From contig CAYRIV010000014.1 in NCBI GenBank assembly GCA_964424575.1, positions 1,214-65,213 on the forward strand: a DNA stretch of 64,000 nucleotides, read 5' to 3'. The translations under genes were made by a program, and so were the position numbers. Shown here piece after piece: positions 55,929-64,000 of the stretch. The DNA is from an uncultured Caulobacterales bacterium (GTDB taxonomy: Bacteria > Pseudomonadota > Alphaproteobacteria > Caulobacterales > Maricaulaceae). How positions within the stretch are numbered: position 1 is the first letter of the stretch; each line of letters opens with the position of its first letter. A model generated the notes under the pieces. The model ran no database searches, had not been told where the DNA came from, and saw only the letters and a program-made list of their open reading frames with translations.

Positions 55929-55993
55929 CGCTTTTGCAAAGCAAAAGCGCGGGTAAGGGCAGCAAAACACGCGCAGCCTTAGCGCGTGTTTTG
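55928..55993 (+). terminator. Two perfect hairpins immediately after lptB
   Basis: gcgcttttgc-aaa-gcaaaagcgc (55928-55950) has a 10-bp stem. caaaacacgcgc-agcctta-gcgcgtgttttg (55963-55993) has a 12-bp stem. Confidence 0.55.
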
Positions 55994-56039
55994 TGCACCG
56001 CTAGGAATTTAAATCCATCCGATGAATTAATGCAGACTT

Positions 56040-56360
56040 ATGAAAAAAACCATTTATCTGATTATTCTAGCTAGCGCCTTCCTTACGGCATGCCAAACAA
56101 TAACTGATTGGCAACGGAGTCAAAGAATGAAAGCCATTCAAAATGGGGCCGATTACTGCGGTAAAAAATACATTAAACCTTTTCTCGGGACACATTTTGA
56201 TAATGTCATTGTAACTGACCACCTCCCTAATAAATATGAGTTTAGGATAGCGGATCCAAGAACGCTTGGAGATGATGAAGTCACAGCGGATTTTAAAGGT
56301 TTTCGTTTAAATATACGCCTTGACCAAAATGGTATAATCAAATCACTTAAATGCGGATGA
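56040..56360 (+). CDS. Small lipoprotein, peptidase-inhibitor I78-like
   Basis: The lipobox is LTACQ. FLGTHFD...FRIADPRTLGDDEVTADFKGFRLNIRLDQNGIIKSLKCG resembles the I78 family pattern ending in CG. The DNA is AT-rich. Confidence 0.45.
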   Translation: MKKTIYLIILASAFLTACQTITDWQRSQRMKAIQNGADYCGKKYIKPFLGTHFDNVIVTDHLPNKYEFRIADPRTLGDDEVTADFKGFRLNIRLDQNGIIKSLKCG

Positions 56361-56475
56361 AATTTAGCGTTCGTAAGACATGCGCAGTTCAGCCTGATTA
56401 AAAACTCAGAAGTGTTTTTTAATCATCGACTCTCATCCATAAAATTATTTTGATCCTTATCCGCTCCGGCGGCCC

Positions 56476-56568
56476 GGCTGAGGCATGAGCGCGAGCGAGC
56501 GTCTCGAGGGATTGGTGCGTTACGAGGCGACCCTTCGAGACGCGCTTTGCGCTCCTCAGGGTGAGGAT
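56476..56568. repeat. Copies D (forward, degenerate) and E (reverse) of the 6.5-kb palindromic unit, forming a ~90-nt inverted pair with a 13-nt loop
   Basis: The sequence is gctgaggcatgagcgcgagcgagcgtctcgagggattgg-tgcgttacgaggc-gacccttcgagacgcgctttgcgctcctcagggtgagga. The reverse complement of E aligns almost base for base with copy A. Confidence 0.75.
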
Positions 56569-56576
56569 TAAGATGC

Positions 56577-57209
56577 TCAGCCTGTTACCAAAACTCCATC
56601 CACAATCCGCACGGCCATTTCAAAAACCGCGTCCACACTCAAATCCGTCGTATCAATTAAATGCGCATCTGCCGCCGCTTTAAGCGGAGCTTCCGTGCGG
56701 CCTGCGTCCCTCGCGTCTCGCTCGGCGAGTTGGGCGGCCACGGTCTCGAGGCTGATGTCTTCGCCGTAGCCGACAAGCTCTGCATGGCGGCGGCGGGCGC
56801 GTTCAGCGGGCTTGGCATCTATATAAAGCTTCACCGCAGCGTCAGGGCAGATGACGGTGCCGATATCGCGACCATCGAGCACCGCGCCAGGCGACTTGGC
56901 GGCAAAGCTACGCTGAAAATCCAGCAGCGCCGCGCGCACTGTTTTATGCACCGCAAGCTGTGAGGCGGCCGCCGCGACTTGGCTTTGTTTCAGGCCCGGG
57001 TCATCCAAGCTGCTGGGGTCAATCGCTTTGGCAAAGCGGGTGGCCACACCCGCATCATTGGGGTCTTCGCCTGCAAGCAAAACATCGCGCGCGGCAGCGC
57101 GGTAGAGCTTTCCCGTATCCAGATAGTGATAGCCGTAATGGGCGGCGAGCGCTTTGGCGAGCGTCCCCTTCCCGCTCGCAAATGTCCCGTCTATGGCAAT
57201 AACGGGCAC
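56577..57209 (-). CDS. cmk: Cytidylate kinase
   Basis: It has a GTG start. Motifs are IAIDGTFASGKGTLAK and YLDTGKLYRA. Confidence 0.9.
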   Translation of the reverse strand: MPVIAIDGTFASGKGTLAKALAAHYGYHYLDTGKLYRAAARDVLLAGEDPNDAGVATRFAKAIDPSSLDDPGLKQSQVAAAASQLAVHKTVRAALLDFQRSFAAKSPGAVLDGRDIGTVICPDAAVKLYIDAKPAERARRRHAELVGYGEDISLETVAAQLAERDARDAGRTEAPLKAAADAHLIDTTDLSVDAVFEMAVRIVDGVLVTG

Positions 57210-58547
57210 CTAAGAGCCCAGCTCTATCTTCGCGCCGAGCCCGTCCATGAGATCAAAAAAGCTCGGAAAGCTCGTCGCAATCATAGAAGCGTCATCAATG
57301 CTCACTGGTGCGGCGGCTTGCAGACCAAGGATAAGCGCACTCATAGCGATGCGGTGATCGTGATGTGTCGTGACAAGCCCGCCCCCGCGCACTTCTGCCC
57401 CCGCGCCGCCAATAACGGTCATGCCCGTCTCTGTGCTGCTGACCTCTACCCCGTTAGCCTTGAGCAATGCTTCTGTCGCCGCGATGCGGTCGCTTTCTTT
57501 CACGCGCAATTCACCAATACCGTCCATCACGGTGCGGCCTTTGGCAAAAGCGCTCGCGACAGCAAGAATGGGATATTCATCAATCATAGACGGCGCGCGT
57601 TGCGGCGGCACAACAATGCCCGTCAACTTGGAATGTTTGACCGAAATATCGGCAATCACTTCACCGCCCGACGTGCGGTAGTTATCCATGCGAATAAAAC
57701 CGCCCATTTCTATGAGGGTTTCAAACAAGCCCGTACGCGTCGGGTTCATCATCACGTTCTCAACCACCACATCGGACCCAGGCGTAATGAGGGCTGCGAC
57801 AATGATAAAGGCCGCAGAGCTCGGATCGCCTGGTACATCAATATGAGTCGCGCGCAGTTTTTGCCCGCCTGCAATCTTGACCGTCTGCCCTTCGCGACCC
57901 GCCACGGACCGCGTCTGGCTCTCTACCTTGGCCCCAAAAGCGCGGAGCATATTTTCTGTGTGGTCGCGTGTGAGGGTCGGCTCTGTCACGCTGGTTGTGC
58001 CTTTGGCATTTAGCCCCGCAAGCAAAAGACAGGATTTAACCTGCGCACTGGCGTGGGGCGGCGTGTAATCAATCGCGGTGAGCCCATCTGGCACGGATAA
58101 AGTCGCAGGCAATCGCCCGCCCTCTTGTGACACGGGCTTCACCCCCATCTCAGAAAGCGGGTTGAGCACGCGCCCCATAGGACGTGAAGACAATGACGCG
58201 TCCCCAATATAAGTTGCAGTCACGCTGTAACCTGCGGCCGCCCCCATGATGAGACGCACACCTGTGCCAGCATTGCCGCAATCAATCTCATTTGATGGCG
58301 TTTTGAAACCCGCCTCGCCCAGCCCTGTGACATGCCACTGCCCGTCATCACGCTTGGTGATCTCTGCGCCAAAATCGCGCATCGCCTGCGCCGTTGCCAT
58401 GATATCGTCGCCCTCAAGTAAGCCGTCGACTGTGGTCACGCCTTCGGCCATAGCGCCAAAAATCATCGCGCGGTGTGAAATAGATTTATCGCCTGGGGCG
58501 CGTACAGTGCCGCGAAGTGCGGCACTTAACTGCGAGAGAGCTTTCAT
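57210..58547 (-). CDS. aroA: 3-phosphoshikimate 1-carboxyvinyltransferase (EPSP synthase)
   Basis: 445 aa. Motifs are [28 protein letters not shown] and HHDHRIAMS. Confidence 0.9.
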   Translation of the reverse strand: MKALSQLSAALRGTVRAPGDKSISHRAMIFGAMAEGVTTVDGLLEGDDIMATAQAMRDFGAEITKRDDGQWHVTGLGEAGFKTPSNEIDCGNAGTGVRLIMGAAAGYSVTATYIGDASLSSRPMGRVLNPLSEMGVKPVSQEGGRLPATLSVPDGLTAIDYTPPHASAQVKSCLLLAGLNAKGTTSVTEPTLTRDHTENMLRAFGAKVESQTRSVAGREGQTVKIAGGQKLRATHIDVPGDPSSAAFIIVAALITPGSDVVVENVMMNPTRTGLFETLIEMGGFIRMDNYRTSGGEVIADISVKHSKLTGIVVPPQRAPSMIDEYPILAVASAFAKGRTVMDGIGELRVKESDRIAATEALLKANGVEVSSTETGMTVIGGAGAEVRGGGLVTTHHDHRIAMSALILGLQAAAPVSIDDASMIATSFPSFFDLMDGLGAKIELGS

Positions 58548-58708
58548 AATGCGTTTTCCCAGTTGACTTGACCTATAGGCGCGCTAAGACGCCCTCTAGT
58601 TTAAATACGGTGTTTAAAGGACGCTTGGTCTATCGCTCAGCCGCGCTTTTCGCAAGCCTTCCTTTTAGAGATAACACTGCGCACACATAGCTTGAATAGG
58701 TCTGTCTC

Positions 58709-59203
58709 ATGGCAAAAGTTGATCTGGGTACAAAACGCACATGTCCCGAGTGCGAAGCAAAGTTTTATGACCTCACAAAGGTCCCGGCCACATGTCCGAT
58801 GTGCCAAAATAGCTTTGACCCTGAAGAGTTGCTGGCAGGTGCCTCACTTGCGGCCATGAAAGAAAAAGAAGGCCCTCTCAAAGATTACGACGCCGAGTCA
58901 GATGAGGACGACGACGAAGAGCTCGCGGCTGAAGAAGGCAAGAAAAAAGATGCCGACGATGTTGACGAAGATGATATCGACGAAGAAGAGCAAGAGGCCA
59001 AAGAGCTTGAGCTTGACGGCGATGACGCGGCCATTATTGGTGGCACGGATGACGATGAAGAGCGTGACAATATGGACGGCTTCTCAGAAGATGAAGACGA
59101 CGATGCCGACGCGGCCCTTGTTGATGACGATGATGACAATGAGCTTCCGCCGCCAGACGCAGATGACGCGGATGATGATGACGTCGAAGAAGTTGAGATT
59201 TAA
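58709..59203 (+). CDS. TIGR02300 (FYDLN_acid) family zinc-ribbon protein with an acidic tail
   Basis: The N-terminus reads GTKRTCPECEAKFYDLTKVPATCPMCQNSF and is followed by a long D/E tract. It is divergent from aroA, as is usual in Alphaproteobacteria. Confidence 0.85.
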   Translation: MAKVDLGTKRTCPECEAKFYDLTKVPATCPMCQNSFDPEELLAGASLAAMKEKEGPLKDYDAESDEDDDEELAAEEGKKKDADDVDEDDIDEEEQEAKELELDGDDAAIIGGTDDDEERDNMDGFSEDEDDDADAALVDDDDDNELPPPDADDADDDDVEEVEI

Positions 59204-59402
59204 ATCTTAATCATAATGCGGGAAGCTAAATTTTTATTGCATCCCACAGGGCCTCTATTTAATAGGGGCGACAAATATTGCCGCAGTTTATTTCGATAAA
59301 TCTGTTGCAACACTGTCCCACATACCGTCTGGGTTTGGGATATTTACATACTGACATTTCACCAGAGGTGAAATGCTTGTGCCTCGCGACGCGAGACACT
59401 TG

Positions 59403-59478
<76 letters not shown>

Positions 59479-59557
59479 TGTTTAGTTTACCGAAGCAAAG
59501 CAAAAAGAATAATCGCGACGCGAGCACTGGAAAGCCAATTAAAAGATTGTTCCAGTT

Positions 59558-60313
59558 TTAGTAGTCACAGCTGTAATTGGCTATAGCTACTGTTTTTGGC
59601 GTAATAGAGCCGTCTGCAATATCTGTGCGTGGGGAAGCAGTGTTCACATCAACACCCTGAGCGCGGATGTCTTTTTCCATCATCATATAGCTGTGGCCTT
59701 CCCCTAAAAGCTGGAAGCGAGAGGCGATACCATTTTCAGCACAAGAGACGAGCCGTTTTTCGAAGTAAGGGCCTGCACGAAAGTTTTGTCGCGTGACAAT
59801 AACGCGGTTATTATTTGCAGTCGCCTTTATGGAGGCCGCGTAAACCCGCGCGTCTTTATCCGAGGGTATTTTTATGCGTTTTAAGGATACATCATCCACT
59901 GAATTTGATCGGCTAAAGCCTGCTGAGCGGCGGCGCTTATTGTCAAATCGGGCCCATGTGAGTTGATCCGTCGTCAGGTAATTTGCATTCACCCATTTTT
60001 CTGCAGACCCAGATTTGCTAATCCGCAACCAGTTTTCAAACCGATCATAGGCTTTGACCTTTTGTCCAAGCTTGAGCATTCCACTGACATCACCGGCAAC
60101 TGGATTATCCCGCACCGGTAATCTATCAGCGTCTACCCAATAATTAATAGGCTCCACTTCCCGGACAATTCGGCGTGTAGATCTTGGAGTTTCTTGATTA
60201 GATAGCTCAACGGGCTGCGCTGTTGTTGCAGTTTGCGCAGTCGCTGGCATCGCTATTAAGGCCGTCGAAACAACAAGACTTGCTGCTAGAAAAACAGGAC
60301 TATAATTCATCAT
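59558..60313 (-). CDS. Secreted SH3b-domain protein
   Basis: The track ORF extends to 60385. I prefer ATG 60313, which is preceded by GGAG. The signal peptide is MMNYSPVFLAASLVVSTALIAMPATA. The SH3b-like segment reads YWVDADRLPVRDNPVAGDVSGMLKLGQKVKAYDRFENWLRI. Confidence 0.6.
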   Translation of the reverse strand: MMNYSPVFLAASLVVSTALIAMPATAQTATTAQPVELSNQETPRSTRRIVREVEPINYWVDADRLPVRDNPVAGDVSGMLKLGQKVKAYDRFENWLRISKSGSAEKWVNANYLTTDQLTWARFDNKRRRSAGFSRSNSVDDVSLKRIKIPSDKDARVYAASIKATANNNRVIVTRQNFRAGPYFEKRLVSCAENGIASRFQLLGEGHSYMMMEKDIRAQGVDVNTASPRTDIADGSITPKTVAIANYSCDY

Positions 60314-60423
60314 GAAATCTCCATTTATGGTTCGATTTAATAATGAGACCCAAATCATAATATATGGTAAATAAAGGCTTAACATTACATAAGGCCTGCA
60401 CGGTGCAGCCTATTGTTAGATAG

Positions 60424-60449
60424 TAAAAGCCCCCTGCGATGCAGAGGGC
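60424..60449 (-). terminator. Intrinsic terminator after the giant OMP gene
   Basis: On the minus strand, GCCCTCTGC-ATC-GCAGGGGGC is followed by TTTTAC. Confidence 0.7.
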
Positions 60450-60480
60450 TTTCATTAGTCTTTGGTTGTTTTGCTAAGGG

Positions 60481-63400
60481 CTAGAACTTGCCTACAACAT
60501 TTAGATACCAGCCAAGATCATCTTCTTTGCTGGTCGCGGCAAGGTATTCCTCCTCAATTCCGCCCCATGTCAAACCGACACCGATTTTAGCATTGTCATT
60601 CACGTGACGGTAGACACCTAGGAGACCGCCATCGCGTACAATGACGCCATTGCCAATATCCAGCCTACGACCTTCAAGTACCGCGTCCCATTTATGGGTC
60701 GCATGGAAGTCGAGGCGAATAACCGCTAGCTCTGCTTCGGAGCGTGTGAAATCTAGGCTTTCACGAGAGCTCGTCACCGATCCAGAACGGTAGGCGTATT
60801 TACCGCCTAGGGTGAAGCGCGGCGCAATGTCATAGCTCGCATCAATAGAGGCAATACGACTCTTCTGGCGGTAATTTATGGCTTCTCCGTTGAAACGCTG
60901 CGAGGTCGGAGACAAGTCTTCCAGCCAGACAAGCTTGGCCAAGAGATTGAAACGATCATCCCAGATTGGACGATAGGCAGCTGCTAGAGAGGCTTCTGTA
61001 AATTCAGCCTCATTAAACGTCTGCGGCCCGAGCGCGTCATCAGCACTTGACTGATCAGAGAAAGCGAAGTTCAGCTTACCTTGCAAGCGCAGCTCTTCTG
61101 ACGCGAGATAACTTGCCGTAGAACGAAGGAGCCAAGCATTGCGGACATCATTCGTGTCAATATTCTCGTCCTCACGCCATTCACCTGTTACACCAACTTT
61201 GACGCGATCAGAGGCAAAGCCGATATTGGCCGAGAAGGCTTCACGGTCAATATTATCAATACGGCCTACCTCACCTGAGAGACCAAATCTCCAGTTTCCA
61301 GGCTCATAGTCGACGCCATATGCATGCGTGACGCCGTTCACACCCAGATCATTGAGTTGAAGGCGTTCTTCGCCGTAAACAGACAGTGCATCTGAATAGC
61401 GGCGGCGGGCGCCAAGATTAAATGTGCCGAGGTTTGATTGTGCGCGGGCGTTCAGCGGAAGTTCGTAAGAAACGTAAGACTGATTGCCGTTACCATGCTC
61501 ATAATTCAGCGAGGCTCTCGCACCGAGTCCATCTTCACCAACGGAGACTTCACCGCCACCAAGAATTTTCTTGGAGAGGCGCATTTCTGCCCCAACGCCA
61601 ACTCTATCCGTCGTGCGCTGGTTATCACCCTGAATACCGACCTGACCGAAAGCGTAAACATTGCTATCGTCGTCAAATTTGTAATCAATGCGACCGCCAA
61701 GAGACGTACCCGAATTGCCGCGTGCATCATCATTAAATGAGGCGCCGACAGAGGCTGTAATATGCTCATTCGCTTTATAATCGAGGCTCGCTTCAGCAAA
61801 ACTATTCGTACCGATAGTTTTGTCATTTGTCACATCAGCACGTGCAGAGAGGTCAAACAAATCATTCAAGGCAAGGCTCAAGCCGCCACCAAACTGTTCG
61901 ATTTGTTGGTTGGTCGACTCTGCATATCCTGCAAAGCCAGCATCGCGCTTACGCCAGTAAGCGTAGGATGAACCATCCAGATTAAACCCATCAACTTCTG
62001 TAAAGTCTACAGCAGCTTCGATAGCATAGGCATGTGCCGAGGCTCTATTCGCCAGGCCGCCAGTTGCAAGCGGGTTATAGGTAAAGCCGCCATCAATTGA
62101 GCGGAAAGTCTCAACGCCTTCGCCCTTAGTTTTGGCAATTTCACCTTTCAAATATGTACCTGCCGCATATTGCAGAGTCAGGTCTAATTCATAAAGATCT
62201 GAATCCAGACCGCCGTCGGTATCATGATTATATGTGGCGCCAAGCTTGATGTGATCACCAAACCAACGGGACCCACGCATGCCGTAATTAGCGGCGTTAT
62301 CAGCTCCACCTGTTAGCGGTGTAAACTCATAATCAATGACGAGAACCGTTTCGTCTCCAGACAGGCTACCATCGCGGAAAAGACGCCCATCATCCACACT
62401 GCTGCCCAAAGGCTGGTTCAGAATTACGCGGCCTTGGATAAAGTCCATATCATAATCAGCACCATAGGTGAGACGGCGGCTTTCAAAGACCAGCCCTGAA
62501 ACACGGTCACGCGTTTCAATACGTAAGATTTCAGACCCAATCGCAATATCGCCGTTGCGGAGATAATAGACGCTCCCGCCTGTTCCGCGAAGCTCGTCAC
62601 GGCCTTGACGTGATCCCCCCTGCGCCACAAAGGCTGTGAAACGCGTACGCTCATCACCAAACTTAGTTTGATTACCGTTTTCGTCCCAATGCAGCTTGGC
62701 GCCGTAAAGCGTGCGCTGAACGCGGGCAAATTCGGTATCATTAAAGTTGGTTTGGTAATTCCCCCAAAGCGCGTAGTCATCATCACGTTCGATGCGGGCG
62801 TAGAATTTACCCGATGTCGGTGCGTCTTGTTCAATTGTGCTGTCGTCACCATAAGTTGGGTAGAAACGCTCAGGGTCGAGACGGCGCAGAAGCTGACCGA
62901 GGTCTTTATCATCCAGACCGCTAAACAGGTTCTCAATTTCTGCTTCGCCTGTGTCAGCCGTCGCTGTAACCGCCCAGCGGTCATTGAGGCGTGAGCGCAC
63001 ATAGAATGCCACGCGACCTTCTTCGAAGCTGCGGTCGCCAGAGGCGTCCTCGGTGATGTTCTCACCAACAGTAGCTTCAATTTGAGCCACATAGAATGTG
63101 TCTCTGTTTTTGACATCTACAGTGCGAAGAATACGGTTTTCTGTCCCGTCAACTCCGGCAACCCGCACGTCTACAGACTGCTCACCTGTCGGCAATATCT
63201 GCTCGGCGACAAATTTACCGTCATTATCGATTGTAATTGTTTGCCCCATAACACTCACCTGGTCACCAGGGACATTGCGGCCATAGACCCGCACGGAACC
63301 ACCGCGGACACGAATGTTATCATTCAAGATAGAATTATGCCCAAATGTCATTTGGCTTTGTTGACGCCAGCCCTCCTCTGTGGAGTCCGTTTCTGCTGAG

Positions 63401-64000
63401 CCCAAATTAAGGGTCTTAGGCGCAGTTTCGTCAAAGTTACCTTCGGCGTCATATACCCGCAGAACATAGACCATTGTTTCAGGTGTATTCTGTGAGCGTA
63501 ATTTACCTTCATTGACGAATAGGCTAATCTCACCGTCAACAACATCTGCCGTTGCGAAAGGCGCTCCGCGCGTAGATCTATCTGCATCAAAGACGCGAAG
63601 CTCCGCACGTTCGATAAACGCGTCATAGTTCCAATATGTTTTGCCGCGAATGACCCGTCCTTGAGGCGTCGAGACGACATCAGCATAAGCGTTAAGACGC
63701 TTGACCATATCGAGCACTGTTGTCGTCGTTTCGATTTCCATACCTTCGACATAAGATGACGTTTTATTACCCCATCCGATCCAGCGCATCAGACGGCCTG
63801 GACGTGCAGACTCTTCGCTGCCTCTATCGCGGCGCCCGCCATAGCTATTGGGTGAGCGGCGTGTATCGCTTTGTAGCGCGCGAGACCCTCTTGAACCGCG
63901 CAGACCTGCCTCGCGCTGCGTGTCAAATCCGCTGAAGTCTTCATCATCGAAATTGTCATCGTCAGAGCGCTCTATCGTGCCGTTATCATTGGCAAAGAAA
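60481..64000 (-). CDS. Very large outer-membrane beta-barrel protein (>1170 aa) whose N-terminus lies outside the window
   Basis: The track gives 60481..63789 from the first ATG. My hand translation of 63790-64000 stays open in the same frame (...FDDEDFSGFDTQREAGLRGSRGS...RPGRL-MRWIGWG...). The C-terminal ~700 aa are alternating amphipathic strands ending ...GWYLNVVGKF (terminal Phe). The N-terminal part carries Ig/carboxypeptidase-regulatory-like strands (VRVYGRNVPGDQVSVMGQTITIDNDGKFVAEQILPTGEQSVDVRV). Confidence 0.7.
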   Translation of the reverse strand, partial: FFANDNGTIERSDDDNFDDEDFSGFDTQREAGLRGSRGSRALQSDTRRSPNSYGGRRDRGSEESARPGRLMRWIGWGNKTSSYVEGMEIETTTTVLDMVKRLNAYADVVSTPQGRVIRGKTYWNYDAFIERAELRVFDADRSTRGAPFATADVVDGEISLFVNEGKLRSQNTPETMVYVLRVYDAEGNFDETAPKTLNLGSAETDSTEEGWRQQSQMTFGHNSILNDNIRVRGGSVRVYGRNVPGDQVSVMGQTITIDNDGKFVAEQILPTGEQSVDVRVAGVDGTENRILRTVDVKNRDTFYVAQIEATVGENITEDASGDRSFEEGRVAFYVRSRLNDRWAVTATADTGEAEIENLFSGLDDKDLGQLLRRLDPERFYPTYGDDSTIEQDAPTSGKFYARIERDDDYALWGNYQTNFNDTEFARVQRTLYGAKLHWDENGNQTKFGDERTRFTAFVAQGGSRQGRDELRGTGGSVYYLRNGDIAIGSEILRIETRDRVSGLVFESRRLTYGADYDMDFIQGRVILNQPLGSSVDDGRLFRDGSLSGDETVLVIDYEFTPLTGGADNAANYGMRGSRWFGDHIKLGATYNHDTDGGLDSDLYELDLTLQYAAGTYLKGEIAKTKGEGVETFRSIDGGFTYNPLATGGLANRASAHAYAIEAAVDFTEVDGFNLDGSSYAYWRKRDAGFAGYAESTNQQIEQFGGGLSLALNDLFDLSARADVTNDKTIGTNSFAEASLDYKANEHITASVGASFNDDARGNSGTSLGGRIDYKFDDDSNVYAFGQVGIQGDNQRTTDRVGVGAEMRLSKKILGGGEVSVGEDGLGARASLNYEHGNGNQSYVSYELPLNARAQSNLGTFNLGARRRYSDALSVYGEERLQLNDLGVNGVTHAYGVDYEPGNWRFGLSGEVGRIDNIDREAFSANIGFASDRVKVGVTGEWREDENIDTNDVRNAWLLRSTASYLASEELRLQGKLNFAFSDQSSADDALGPQTFNEAEFTEASLAAAYRPIWDDRFNLLAKLVWLEDLSPTSQRFNGEAINYRQKSRIASIDASYDIAPRFTLGGKYAYRSGSVTSSRESLDFTRSEAELAVIRLDFHATHKWDAVLEGRRLDIGNGVIVRDGGLLGVYRHVNDNAKIGVGLTWGGIEEEYLAATSKEDDLGWYLNVVGKF

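Noticed and set aside
56979-58013. 344-aa plus-strand ORF
   Set aside because: It is antisense to cmk and aroA, both unambiguous. Its Arg/His/Ala-rich composition carries no motif.
62424-63116. 230-aa alternative-frame ORF within the giant OMP gene
   Set aside because: It is on the same strand but out of frame with a continuous 1100+ aa beta-barrel ORF. It has no independent support.

Overview
This 64-kb window reads as chromosomal DNA from an alphaproteobacterium. The gene content looks Caulobacterales/Hyphomonadaceae-like, but I cannot name the species from the sequence alone. Most of it is densely packed housekeeping DNA. Recognisable blocks are bolA-like/J-domain/cobS/cobT, yggS, a CenR-like regulator, xthA, lolA, nth, pntAA-pntAB-pntB, a sigma-54 (TacA-like) activator, trkH, hslO, rph, hrcA-grpE, gshB, rsmI, hemW-rdgB, lptC-lptA-lptB, aroA-cmk and one tRNA-Ala(GGC).

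Small AT-rich accessory insertions and several dispersed hairpin-repeat families interrupt this backbone. Both window edges cut through long minus-strand ORFs that the supplied track misses or truncates:
- A PPC-repeat protein at 1..1848.
- A giant outer-membrane beta-barrel protein at 60481..>64000.

The best candidate for an undescribed system is an AT-rich two-gene island at about 36.4-38.2 kb. It encodes an AbiTii-like (abortive infection) protein plus a 223-aa partner with no motif I recognise. It sits between GC-rich genes, with a G9 tract on one side and a heptamer tandem repeat on the other.

Other leads worth a second look:
- A small GIY-YIG nuclease gene is enclosed by inverted copies of a dispersed ~42-nt palindromic unit, and a cargo-free copy of the same pair lies 50 kb away.
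- A GT51 transglycosylase-like protein has both catalytic Glu replaced by Gln.
- An A9 tract would fuse a JmjC-like gene to the downstream YhhN gene after a single-base slip.
- The lptCAB and aroA-cmk blocks end against each other without rpoN or rpsA.

I saw no rRNA, CRISPR array, transposase or integrase. All calls come from reading the translations and the DNA by eye. Coordinates of hand-located hairpins and repeats may be off by 1-2 nt.
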